Source: Paramecium tetraurelia (Eukaryota). Taken from it: a DNA stretch of 64,000 nt. The translations under genes were made by a program, and so were the position numbers. Location of the stretch: NCBI GenBank assembly GCA_000165425.1, contig CT868023.1, positions 1 through 64,000 on the forward strand, written 5' to 3'. Below are positions 1 through 12,291 of this stretch, in pieces (positions within the stretch are counted from its first letter, which is position 1; each line of letters opens with the position of its first letter). Under the pieces are notes generated by a model, which saw nothing but the letters and a program-made list of their open reading frames with translations, did not search any database and was not told the origin of the DNA.

Positions 1-1080
1 TTGTTATTTCATTTGTTATTTTAGCAATCCTTGTTTAAATTCTTGGATTAATTTATGGATTAATGATTCATGTTTGTTCAATATTTCATAAAATAAGGAA
101 TCATTTCATCATAATTTATAAAGATAATAATTCAATAAAAAAATAATTAGATAATTTAAATGATGATGACATATCATAACCTTAAGGACAAATCTAATTA
201 GACTAATCTGATAATATGTAAATGAAAGAAAAGTAATAAACGAAGAATCAAACGTAATTAGAAAAAATATTTGAATTATGAATATATTGATTTATAAATA
301 TTTAGATATATAACAATGATGAAATCTTATGAATCTTTGAGAAATTAATTAATGGAGTCCATCATAATGAATTTAATTAACTTAACTGAGGGCTATAAAT
401 TTTAATAAGATTTGAAAATAAATATATTCTCAATCATAAATAAAATTTTGATATCTTTAATTTACAAATTCTTAATAAATAGAAAAATAAATCCTATTCT
501 ATATCTATATTTATCGAGGAAATATAGCTGAATCTAGAATGTACAGACAGTGAATTTAAGTTAAGGCTTAAATTAGATATTTCAGGAAATGTAATAAACA
601 GAGCTTTTGATTATGTAATGAATTTTGTAATTAAAAAAAATTGAAGTTTCTTACAATTTCACAGCAATTATAAAAATATTATTTCATGATTAAATTATAA
701 TATAAATGCACATTATGGAAATATTCAAATGGCATCCTTAGTTTAGATGTTGGAAAAAAAGTTGTGAATAAACAATTGAATGCTAAAGGTAGTCACATTG
801 AATTTAATCAATTAGGGAAATTACATAGAGAAATTTCAACTAAATTATAAGACCACCATTACTTTTTAGAAAAAATTGATTAGAAATGTAAAGCGAATAT
901 TAAAAACAACAAGGGGATCAAATTCTATATCTGATTCAAATTATCAAAGCTACTATTTTATCAAATTGGATATTTAAATAATTAAAAAAAAAGATAGATC
1001 TAAATATACTATTTAATTTAAATAATAGGATAAAATAGATTGATAAAGAAAGAGATGATATCTATATTTAACAATTATTA

Positions 1081-1270
1081 AGATTCCTTAAACATTTATT
1101 GTATGATTATCTTCATTAAATAGCAATATTTAATAATTATTAGATTTCATTTAAAAAATTTGAATAATAATCATTAATTAACAATATTTGATTTCATTTA
1201 AATTATTGAATGATTATACTCATTAAATAATAAGAATTGATTTCATTTAAAATTATTGGATGATTATATA
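1081..1270 (+). repeat. Degenerate AT-rich tandem minisatellite (core ~GATTTCATTTAAAATTATTGAATGATTATA, spacing ~45-60 bp)
   Basis: About four diverged copies at ~1081, 1143, 1189 and 1238; the same core recurs at 2570-2790. Confidence 0.6.
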
Positions 1271-1293
1271 TTATTTTTTAAAATAATTAAATC

Positions 1294-2560
1294 ATGGCCA
1301 AAAGATAGAGTCCAAGGAACCCAGGAATAAACCTCTCGAGGGTTAAATATAAATCAACATCGCCCTTAGAGAGTCATTTCAGAAAGTCCAGAGTCCGTGA
1401 TGAGGACAAGAAAGCGGAGGGAATGTGCAAAAGAATGACAGAGTGCTGGATGGATGCGAAGGCCAAGTGTAGGCCAAGGAAAGGCTTAGAAGAATTCATA
1501 AAACAATTAAATATTAGACCAAATGATGATTGGAAATGGGCCACATGAAAGGTTCTAGGAGGCCCAACTATTATCAACCCTAAAGTTAATGTTACCAAAT
1601 GGAACTAGTGGAAATATTTTTAAATCTATTTTCTAATAAACATTTAATAAATCATCACAAAGATCAGAATGCATAGTCGGATTTCAATAGTGTACCAGTT
1701 TATAATTAGAAATATAAACATTAACGAATGGATTAATTGTGCAGTAGTAATCCACTGCTGGGAGGAGTTCCCAACAAAAGGAAACTATAATTCATAAATA
1801 TAGATAGGATGATAAAGAATAAACCTATTTATCATGTGATAGCTGATGATGATAATCTATTACATCAGGTTTGGTTAAATGGAAGCTAGATTGAACTACT
1901 CAATAGGATCTATCAAGAGGATGAAGAGGACATATTAATTAAGAGGAGTGAATAGAAAGAAATATATCACTAAATCAAGAAGGAAAACCTAGAAGTAAGA
2001 GGAGGAAAGGAGTCCTATCTCCAAAGATATAGGCGAGTTTGGGCTAAACCAATCAGAAGTGTAATTGCTAGGATTTACTGATAAAAGAGTAAAAGGAACG
2101 AAACAAGAGCTGTTATAATTTGTCCAGCAAATGGAAGAGCAAGAAGAGAGAAAACAACTAGCGGAGCTGAAACGTCTAATAGTTTCTAAAAATGCGCTAC
2201 TCAAGTCCCAATCGAACCTTCTCCCATTCCATGTTGGTAATATTAATCTATATGAGAATGATGGGACTGTGTCTTAATTCAAAATTTCGATGAAGATAGA
2301 ATTCTAGCACAACAGAAATTTGCAGAAAATATTTTATAGATTAGGTTTAATGGGTATATTTTGCCATGGCCTAGTTTTATGTAGTTGTATGTCTCCTATG
2401 CTGTAGACTCTTTTAGCATTCTACAGATGCAATCAAGCATCTGTGCTAGATGATAGAACTTAGATTTACCAATAAGCTTATGAGGGTGGAACCCACGTCA
2501 CATACAAGTTTATGATTTAACATAAAGTAATGTTAATATTCTTTAAATAATAATATTGAA
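1294..2560 (+). pseudogene. Relatively GC-rich degenerate coding-like segment (decayed gene or element)
   Basis: ATG 1294 opens MAKRQSPRNPGINLSRVKY..., interrupted by in-frame TGA at 1546 and 1810; protein-like sequence continues in shifted frames to ~2560; no domain recognised. Confidence 0.4.
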
Positions 2561-2569
2561 AACTTTTTA

Positions 2570-2790
2570 CTTTCATTTAAAATTATTGTTTGATTAAATT
2601 CAATAAATAGCAATAGTGCAAAATACTTGATTTCATATTAAAATTTTTGAATGATTTAATTCATTACAATAAAAATATATAATAATACTTAAGGTCTCTT
2701 TTAAAATTATTCATTAGTTATTATGATTTAATTTCTAATATTCTTATTATATTTCATTTTGAATTTTACGATTTCATTTTTGATTATTCA
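2570..2790 (+). repeat. Second block of the same degenerate minisatellite
   Basis: TTTCATTTAAAATTATTG / GATTTCATATTAAAATTTTTGAATGATT copies in the same orientation as 1081-1270. Confidence 0.5.
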
Positions 2791-2913
2791 ACTATCATTT
2801 TACTACCTATATTAATTCCTATTATTTTTCCATTTATTAATTTAAAAATTTTTCAATCACTATATTTATAATACATTAAAATTAATAGGTCAATTTTTTT
2901 AATATTTTTATTC

Positions 2914-3063
2914 NNNNNNNNNNNNNNNNNNNNNNNNNNNNNNNNNNNNNNNNNNNNNNNNNNNNNNNNNNNNNNNNNNNNNNNNNNNNNNNNNNNNNNN
3001 NNNNNNNNNNNNNNNNNNNNNNNNNNNNNNNNNNNNNNNNNNNNNNNNNNNNNNNNNNNNNNN
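2914..3063. other. Assembly gap (150 N)
   Basis: Run of n characters. Confidence 0.99.
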
Positions 3064-3077
3064 CGGCCTCAACCTCC

Positions 3078-3141
3078 TCCCAACCCCAACCCCAACCCCA
3101 ACCCCAACCCCAACCCCAACACCAAACCCAACCCCAAACCC
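3078..3141 (+). repeat. Telomeric repeat tract (CCCCAA mixed with CCCAAA), left end of a macronuclear chromosome form
   Basis: Tandem CCCCAA with CCCAAA/CCAAA variants; a G4T2/G3T3 mixture is the Paramecium telomere; the C-rich + strand means the chromosome extends rightwards. Confidence 0.92.
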
Positions 3142-3698
3142 TGGAACGATATATTCTAGCACTCCTGTCGCTTGAGTTTGGCCCTCGATCTACCAAAAGG
3201 TGGGTCAAAATGACACAATGATTTAACATCTTATTATTATTATTCTGATTTAGTAAAGGAATATTTTAAATAAAAAAAAAAGAAATCTACCATATCTAAC
3301 TTTTAACATTTATTACAAGATGAAGAAGGACACACAAAAATGATAAGAATTATAAGTTTTCGCTGAGTTAACTTGATATGATAAATAAGAAACTATTTCA
3401 GGTTGCAGAACATCAATTTTATTTAAAATATCGAGGTGTGTTTACCTGACCACAGCACAATCACTTTGCATAAGCATTAATGGAACCTAAATTTAGTGCA
3501 TATCTTCTTAGATCGACTGCTCTATAACTTAATAGAGAATGTAAATTAATTGAGACTATTATTATATTATATATAATTTTCTAAACTATATCTGAAAATA
3601 CTAAAGAATTTGATGGCTGAAATTTAACATACCAAACCAGAAATTATTGTGTATTATTGAAATTAAAATTAGTGTATCTCTTAACCTAATTAATAATT

Positions 3699-5313
3699 TC
3701 ATTTAGATCTTCTTCCTCTTCGTTTCAGGTAATTGATTTATTCTTTTCTCAATTGGTATCTTCTTACAATAGATATAATTGAAACCACCAAGATTGTGAC
3801 AATCACACTAGCTCCTATACATAAATATATAAATATTCTTTCTTAAAATTCATTCATTAAAGCCCCCCTAACATCAAATATATATTCAAGATTTGATGAA
3901 CAATAATTCAATAAGTTCTATTAATTCTTATTAGGGCATTCAGTACTAATCATTTACATCTTAATATTAAAATAATCTGATACTTGTACTTTACTCATCT
4001 ATGGAGTTTGGGCGTAGCAAACTATGGAGCTTGGCAACTCTATAGTATAATATAAAGCCACTCCATATTTAAAGATTCCGACTAAATAATTTGTGTCTAT
4101 GCTTTCTATTCCAAGAAAATCCATTTAATAAAAATCGTTACTATTATTCAAAATATTGTATACCCTTCCAACATCATTTTATTTGCTATAGAGTCTATCA
4201 TATATTTTCGATGAATATTATTGATTGGATTACTTAGTAGTATTGCATAATCTCTCAATTATTTAACATTTTTGATTGACTTTTTCATTGTTTATTTAGT
4301 TTACAATAGAATCCAGCTATTGCCATTGATTATTCCTTCAAAGATTATAGATCTTTATTGGTTATGCTATACTAAAATAATTGATTCTTTTTCAATAGAA
4401 ATTATTGAACAACCTGGTTAATTAATATAGAAATCCACATCTATTTCAATCTCATTTAAACGCAATCTCTTGACTCCATTTTCATGATCAAGGATATACA
4501 GATAATCTTCGTAAATGTTAATATCAATCAAATTCATCTTCTTTTCTACTGCATAAATATCCTTTTTATTTAATAAAAATCATACATTTGCAAATAATTA
4601 TTTTGTTAATACTAGGGTGTGTTAAACTATCTCATATATAGTCAAGTATTATTATCCATTAATAAGATAAATATAATTATTTCAGAACAAGAACTTTAAA
4701 TTGATCGTTTTGTTAGACCCAATTTAAAATTTCAAATTAATATAAGGTGTTATTTTAAATAATGAACTTACTAAACTATTCGTTATTGATATAATAATAA
4801 GCATCTTGATCATTTAATAATTGCTAATGTTATTTAGTATTGCTATAAATTGATAAATTAAATTTTGAATAATTGAATAACTTGGAATTTTAATCAAAAC
4901 TCAAATAATGAATAACTTAATTCCTTTCTAATAACAATAAATTCAAATCACTTTTTGTATATGAGATTATTTAATCAGAAAATCCCTATTCTATCTCACT
5001 AGTTTCTAATTCATCAATCTCAATTAATTGCAATTCTTTAATAAAAGAGTTAAAAGAGTTTTCGATTTTATTAAATATTAAGTATTGATATTCAAAGCTG
5101 CAAATATCCTCAAATTACAAAGAATCGTATTAAATTGAAAAATTCCTATTAATCCTATATTATTAAATACAATATTTATCCAAACTCCTCAAAGCTTCTA
5201 GCAAAATTTGTTTATTGGGCTACTAAATTAATGAATTCTGGACTTGAAAAAGAATAATTCGACCATGTGATATTTTGAGAAAGTGCAATTCCAATTAAAG
5301 CAAATATTAACAT
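3699..5313 (-). CDS. Hypothetical type I membrane protein (signal peptide, single C-terminal TM, basic tail)
   Basis: Code-6 ORF MLIFALIGIALSQNITWSNY...IFIYLCIGASVIVTILVVSIISIVRRYQLRKEQINYLKRRGRRSK*; 25-nt GT..AG intron near 4562-4586. Confidence 0.7.
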
Positions 5314-5782
5314 ATTATTTATTATTATAAAATGCAAAATTTTAAATCCATATGCATATATCTAAAATTTACTTATTTCCCTGAAAATTCTTAATTTTGA
5401 ATTCTTTCATGAATAAATATGGCTAACGCATTTATTTAGATTAAATGATAATCATTGAATCAAATTTTCTTCATCGATAAGTAGATGAAGATCATTTCTT
5501 GTAGAACTGATTACTACTCTTTATAACTCAAAGGTATAAAGCTCAATATTATTTATTTTAAATATATCTATGTTTACTAAAGGCCTACACTATAAATTAA
5601 AATAAATCATAAAAGTGAATGAAATAGAATTCAGACTTATTCTTTTCTATTTGTTAAACTTCTTTTCTTTGAATCATTTCTTAAAGGTTTATGAATTAAT
5701 AAGAATAATATTAGATAATTTAGAGTACATTATCTTAAAGAATGATAAATATGTGTTAAATAACTTATTATTTATTTAATGA

Positions 5783-6555
5783 TCACAATCTGAATAATGG
5801 ATAACGAACCTTGTCGTTTTTTCTAGATCCGCAAGGGATTCCACCATAAATATCACAAGGACATCTTTATGGTTAATATTATTCATTGACACAAAATGAA
5901 ACACTTATCAATAATAATTTATTATTTGAATCTTTAGAGCATAATAACTAAGCTGTTGATCCAATTTTATTTTCAATGGCATCTAATATACTGTCTGTAT
6001 CGTATAATTTATTGTCGTCTGGTTTAATACCAGCAGCAGATAAAATATCATAGATATTGTATGATTTCCATAATTATAATGTTGTTTAAAAGTATTCTTC
6101 TTAGACATTCATTCCAGGAACTTAAGGTACTAAATCATCCTTTTCATCCCAGCAAGTACCATGCTTATTCCATTCATGTCTATCAATAAATCATATAAAT
6201 TACGCTCTAAATGATCCTGATGGATTGAAAAAACCGACCCATGCTTAATCCAAATTAGTCATGGTTGTCTTCGAAAGGTTTGATTCTTTGAATTTATTAT
6301 TGGTACAGGCTTCGAGTTCTTCGCAATCCCCACTATCATTTGTAGCTCCTGGCCATAATCCATGGATGGCCCACGATTAACCCTTATAATTTCCAACATT
6401 ATCCTTATAACATTGTTTAGTTAAACAAATGCTACCAGGCCATTATTGCTATTCTAATATGCATTTTAGTTTACTTAAAAGGTATAGAACATATTTGGCA
6501 CTTCATATGAAAAACCAATTGTAATTAAAAGAACAATTATCAAATTTTTGGACAT
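5783..6555 (-). CDS. Ribonuclease T2 family, secreted/lysosomal
   Basis: Signal peptide MSKNLIIVLLITIGFS; CAS I WAIHGLWP and CAS II HEWNKHGTCW; short introns. Confidence 0.95.
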
Positions 6556-7385
6556 TAAATAAAATATTAACATTATTTAAAACGATAACAAAAAATATAT
6601 AATTAAAATACCTTTTGAAAAAATTATAAAGTTCCTCTTAATTTTACTATCATTCTTAACAAATTTAAAAAACCCTCAAGAAATGATTGATTTTACTAAT
6701 TTGTGCAGTATAAAAATTATATTGAAATATTTTATATATTATGATGAAAATATATTTCAATAGTGACCAATTTTGGTTTAACCATAAGTTTGACCAATTA
6801 TTGTTTCTATTAATAAAATTCTATTTCGTATGGTATAGTTTAGATGATAAATAAAGTAGAACTGACTCATCAATTATATTATTTTTTGACTCTTGTTGAC
6901 CTAAATTGAAACTAAATTATAATGGCAGACAATATCATTTAATACATAATTATACCTTTTTAACTGATTCAGATGAAATTCTAATTCGCTATTTTCAAGA
7001 TAGTCGATTCATTTTAATCATAAATAAAATACAATTGTTGAAAAAATGATTAATTAAGTATTAAATATAATATTTAATTTATGTATCAACTTTAAAGTCA
7101 TGAAATTATAATTAAATTTGCACCTAATTCAAATAATATCATAGTATCTCCACACCTATTGATTTCTGCGAGATGAATTATTTTCAATTAATCATTTTTT
7201 AAAAATAAAATTTTTTTAGCTGAGAGCAATAATACACTGTAAGGTAGTATAAAATTTTCTTATTAATCAAGATGTACGATTTGATCTATTATTTCAGCTT
7301 TAGATTGTTAATAAAATAAAAGATATTATCTTAAACTCAATTATATAAACATCTTTTAAAATATCTCTGGATAAATAATTAAAAT

Positions 7386-7883
7386 ATGAATTTCAAGACC
7401 TTTCCAAAATTTCCTTAACCTCAGGAATAAATTAGGAATCGAAAACTGCGTTCTCATACTATTGAAACAATTTCTTAATCCTTTAGTAATGCTGAATTTT
7501 TTAACAGACAAAAATTATATGATGAGCTATATAACACCAATCTATTCTAAATTAATTATGCTAATTGTTTAAGAAATGAACAAACAAATAAATAAAGTAA
7601 ATTTAAGGAGATTGTAGAATCTGTATAATTAAAATTTACTGCATCCCCTTGCAATCATAAAAACAACAGCATAAACCTATAAAAAAGTTCAATTTAAGAA
7701 ATAGTTGAATAACTGAGAAAATAGAAGAGAGCGAGCAATGCTAAACTTAAAAATAATGATACTACTTCAAAGAAATAAACTTAATTAAATCTAAATTTCA
7801 ATTTGGTTATTACAATAATAATCATCTGTTATTTAGTATTACTTAACGAAATGATTAAACCAACTGATCCCAATTCGAAATGA
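7386..7883 (+). CDS. Hypothetical 165-aa protein with C-terminal hydrophobic anchor
   Basis: Uninterrupted code-6 ORF MNFKTFPKFPQPQE...LNFNLVITIIIICYLVLLNEMIKPTDPNSK*. Confidence 0.6.
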
Positions 7884-8246
7884 CCATATATATTTAATCA
7901 AGTATAATACTGGAAATTTTTTGTTTAAATTAATATAGTATATTTTAAGAAATAATTAAAAAGAAAGCTTTGTAATTTTTTGTAGGAGTTGATTTAAAAC
8001 TCACAATTTAAGTATAAATTATTATTATTCTTATTTTATCTTAAGGATACTATCTAATTAAAATTGAATGATAATACGGGATAAAAAAATAATACTCTTA
8101 ACGTTATTACAAAGCTTAAAGCTATGAAAATTATCTAAATTAAATGAATAATATGTATTTTAATCATTAAAATCTAAATAAAAAATAACCATAATTTAAA
8201 ATCTAATAAACTTTGGTGGAACACAAGTTCAAATTTTAATATTATT

Positions 8247-10459
8247 ATGTATCAGCAATAAAGCTTAAGAAATTTATTTCTTCGAACAAATGGATTAATA
8301 AGAATTAGACCAAAAGTGAGAGTAACAGATAATTACACCCTATCTCTTGTGTATACTCCAGGGGTTGGCCATATTTGCAAAGTAATTTAAAGTGATCCAG
8401 ATCAATTATATGATTTGACAATTACCAATAATTCTATTGCCTTATTAGCAGATGGATCAAGTAAATTTGTTATATATGTAGAATTTAACCTTGCAAAACC
8501 TTAGAAAATGATTCCAAACTTAGAAGCTACAAGTGCACTCTATAAAGCTTTTTATGATGTTGATGCATACCCAATTGTCCTAAATAGAAATATAATGCAA
8601 AATGTCTCTGATTACTTGCTTGTGATTGATAATTTGTCTCCAACATACAAAGTAAAGATTGCGTAATTGAAATTAGACAATTGTTTTGATAGATATTGAG
8701 AGTAGTCTGGCATGCTAAATATTATAAGCAGTCGAGAAAACAAAATTAGACTGCAGTGTTATAATCACGAATTCGGAAAATCTTAGAGAATAATTATATG
8801 ATGCTGCATTGATAAAGGCTACCTTAGATTGCAGATCTATCTTAAAACCTTCTTAATTAGAAGTGGTGAGAAAAGCAATAACTTCAATCGATTTTAAAGG
8901 ATTACCAAACAATTTAACTAATATTTTAATTTCTGCTTATGCTTAAGGATTATAAGAAATTCACAAAAACAAATGGTATCATCACACAGTACGAAATGTT
9001 GAACCTGATTAATTTGTAAAAAAACTAAATGATCTGTACATTTATGGAGATATAGCATAGTATAATAAATGGTCGGATGGGCATTTGCTTTAAAAAAATG
9101 ATTTTTATCAAAATGCTTTGGAATTGCATAGAAGATATAATGGAATGATTACAATAGAGTTAAAGTTTAGTCCTAGATCATTAGAAGACTTATTCAAGAT
9201 TTACGAGTCATCTTATAAAAAGGATGAACTCGGTTAATTAAGATAGATGCTCATTGATGATCCAAATAAATTAAGAGAGATCACATTTTAAAAAAACTAC
9301 GCTGCAATAATTACAAATGGGACAGCTATTTTAGGATTAGGAAATATAGGGCCAGCTGCAGGATCACCAGTTATGGAAGGAAAGTCGGTTTTATTTAATG
9401 CTTTGGGAGGCATTGATCTAATGCCAATATGTTTAAAGGAGAAAGACCCTCAAAAATTAGTTAAGATTATAAGATGGTAATAATAGTAGTGATAGTTTAG
9501 TATTGCTCCAATATTTTCAGCAATTAACCTAGAAGATCTTAGAGCACCTGATTGTTTCCCTATTGAAGAAGAAGCTGTGCATAATCTTCATATCCCATTA
9601 ATGCATGATGATCAACATGGCACTGCTGTTGTCAGTTTAGCAGCTGTTATTAATTATATAAAATTGACAAAGAAGAACATCAAAGACCTGAAGTTGGTAA
9701 TCAATGGTGCAGGGTATCAAATATTATCTATATATTATATAGTGCAGCTGGAGTTGCTATTTGCAAATTGCTACATGGACATGGTATTTAAGACATCATT
9801 ATTTGTGACACTACTGGTATCATATATGAAGGAAGGCCTTAGAACATGAACGAATTCAAAAATGAATTAGCTTCTTTTACAAATCAAAATAAAATTAAAG
9901 GAGTTTTGAAAGATGCAGTGAAGGGAAGAGATTTATTTGTAGGAGTGTCAACTGCTGTAATTGAATATCTAAGTGTTATAGGGATCTCTGACTAAAGAAA
10001 TGATTAAGAGTATGAATAAGAATCCATTTATTCTTGCTTTGGCTAATCCAGAACCTGAAATTATGCCTGATGATGCCATTGAAGCTGGGGCCTTTATCAT
10101 AGCAACTGGAAGATCTGATTTCAATAATCAAGTAAACAATTCCCTTGCATTTCCTGGTATCTTTAGAGGAGCCATCGATACGAGAGCAAGAGAAATCAAT
10201 TTAGAAATGAAAGTAATTCTATAGGGTAAATGATTAGATTGCTGCTGCTTATGCCATTGCTAATAGTATTAAAGATTCAGATCTTTGTCCTACTAGGATA
10301 TTACCAGGTGCATTAACTGCAGATATTCCAGCCAATGTTGCCAGAGCAGTTGCGATTGCTGCTATGTAGACTGGAGTGGCAAAAATAAATATTGATCCAG
10401 ATAAGGTCTTCGATTAGGCTAGGAAACTAATTATGGAAGGAAATATGCCCTCTTTGTGA
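8247..10459 (+). CDS. NAD(P)-dependent malic enzyme, prokaryotic small-subunit type, with a tandem degenerate N-terminal copy
   Basis: Motifs [92 protein letters not shown]; several ~21-28 nt introns. Confidence 0.95.
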
Positions 10460-10484
10460 ATATTTATAATAAGTATATTTTAAT

Positions 10485-12211
10485 ATGCAATAAATTGACA
10501 TTGATAATCATCATTTAAACTTCTAGTTAGAACTACAATATGCCAGAGCAAGATAACGATAGAGGAGAAGGAATATAATCCTAATCGTATTTGCTATAAT
10601 GTCCATCTTCTATGTATTCATTCAACCAAATCAATATGGCAATAAATAAAATCAGATTCAATATTCTTAAACTAATGGCACTAATGGAGCCATCAACATT
10701 ACAGAGACCAATTCAACTTTACTCTAAATCTAAAAACATTTTGAAATATTAGAGAAATTACTCATCTCCCAATTTCAAGGAAAATGGACTGATACATAAT
10801 TAACATCAAATGAGTTGGCAGAAGCCAATTTCTATAAAACTTCTTATTAAAATCGCTTTCAAATACAACTACATTTGAAGCTAATAGAAGGATAGTTCCT
10901 AGAGGATTATTATAACCAATTCTCATTTTATTTGAATTCGTCATAACTAGTGTTACCCCTTGAAGACAACAACTTTGTATTCGAAAATGTCAGAGGGTCT
11001 TATAGAAGATCTAGTGTTTATGAAAATGATCAGTCCAGCTTAGAAATCTTTGCTAACTTGACCATGAGATTAAATAACATCAACATGGATAGTGATACCC
11101 AAGATGATATTGGAATCGAATTAGATGTTCGTTATACTTTAGATTCAGAAACATTCTCCTTCAATTGCAATCTTAATATCATAAATGTAAAACATAATCA
11201 TAAATTAAGATAGATAGCAAAGCGATTATCTATTCCACAATAGTCTCAGTACTAGGTGTGATTTAATTTATTAGTTGTCTTAAATTGATGAAGGACTTCA
11301 TAAATGAAAACAGGATGGCTTCCTAATTCAGTCTCATTATATTTGTATTCCTTATGATCTATGATGGCTATTTAGGAATAGTTCATTTCTTTCTTGCACT
11401 GCAAAGCGAAGTAATTACCTATTATTAATTAGTATTTCTTAACACCTGCCTTCCTTGAATTAGTGTTGTTTTTCTTCTTAGAATTGAAATTAGCTAAACA
11501 CATTTGGCAAGAAAGGTTCATCAACCTACAGGACAACCTGAATTTAAGAAGAGAACTCTATAGATTTCATCTTAAGTTTTACTTGCTGGCTATTGTCGTT
11601 GTACTTCTACTTTATTACCTTATTTACTATAATGTTTTCTTGATTGCCATGAATCTATATTTACTACCTTAGATAATACATGTAGCATATAAAGGACAGT
11701 ATGTAGAATTTGATAAAATCTTTGTTTTCGGTTTATTGTCAACTAGATTATTCATACCTGTATTAGATACATTCTTAATTTAGATTTACTATAGAGGCTG
11801 TCCTTACAATATACTACATGCTTAGGTGTCCTATTTAACAGTAACAATTATAATTCTCTTATTTGCTGCTCAAGTAGTCCTCTATTATTATCAATGTAAA
11901 ATTGGACCGAGATTTTTCCTTCCCAAGTGGCTAAGACCTAAATCACATGAATATTTTATAGAATAACCCATAGATGGAGAATGTGCAATTTGCATCAGTT
12001 AATTAACTGAAATGCCAACGGAATCATAATTAGATAATAAGTTTATTGCGAAAATAATTAGTTAGAATTAGAATAAATTAATGGAAACACCTTGTGTATT
12101 AATTATGGAGTATCTTAGGGTCATCATTTTCATTCCATTTGTTTAACTAAATGGATGAATGTCAAATTAAACTGTCCAACTTGTCGTTCCGTACTTCCAC
12201 CATTAATTTGA
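10485..12211 (+). CDS. Multi-pass transmembrane RING-H2 E3 ubiquitin ligase, Tul1/FLY1-like
   Basis: Multiple TM segments, GPRFFLPKW, then CAIC...METPC-HHFHSICLTKWMNVKLNCPTCRSVLPPLI*. Confidence 0.85.
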
Positions 12212-12291
12212 CTCAAATAAATATAAAAGAGCTTATTAATTATTTTCACTTAAGAATTTAATAACAAATTTACAAAATCAATCCAAAAAAC

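Noticed and set aside
160..1000. Protein-like stretches at the window start
   Set aside because: Frames broken by TGA without convincing introns; no recognisable domain
1546..1548. In-frame TGA in the 1294 ORF as a second selenocysteine or readthrough codon
   Set aside because: No redox motif context, further stops and frameshifts downstream, no SECIS seen; more consistent with a TGG-to-TGA decay mutation
2882..3229. ORF-track proteins with GWGWGW / GVGVGV repeats
   Set aside because: They are translations of the telomeric repeat and the N gap
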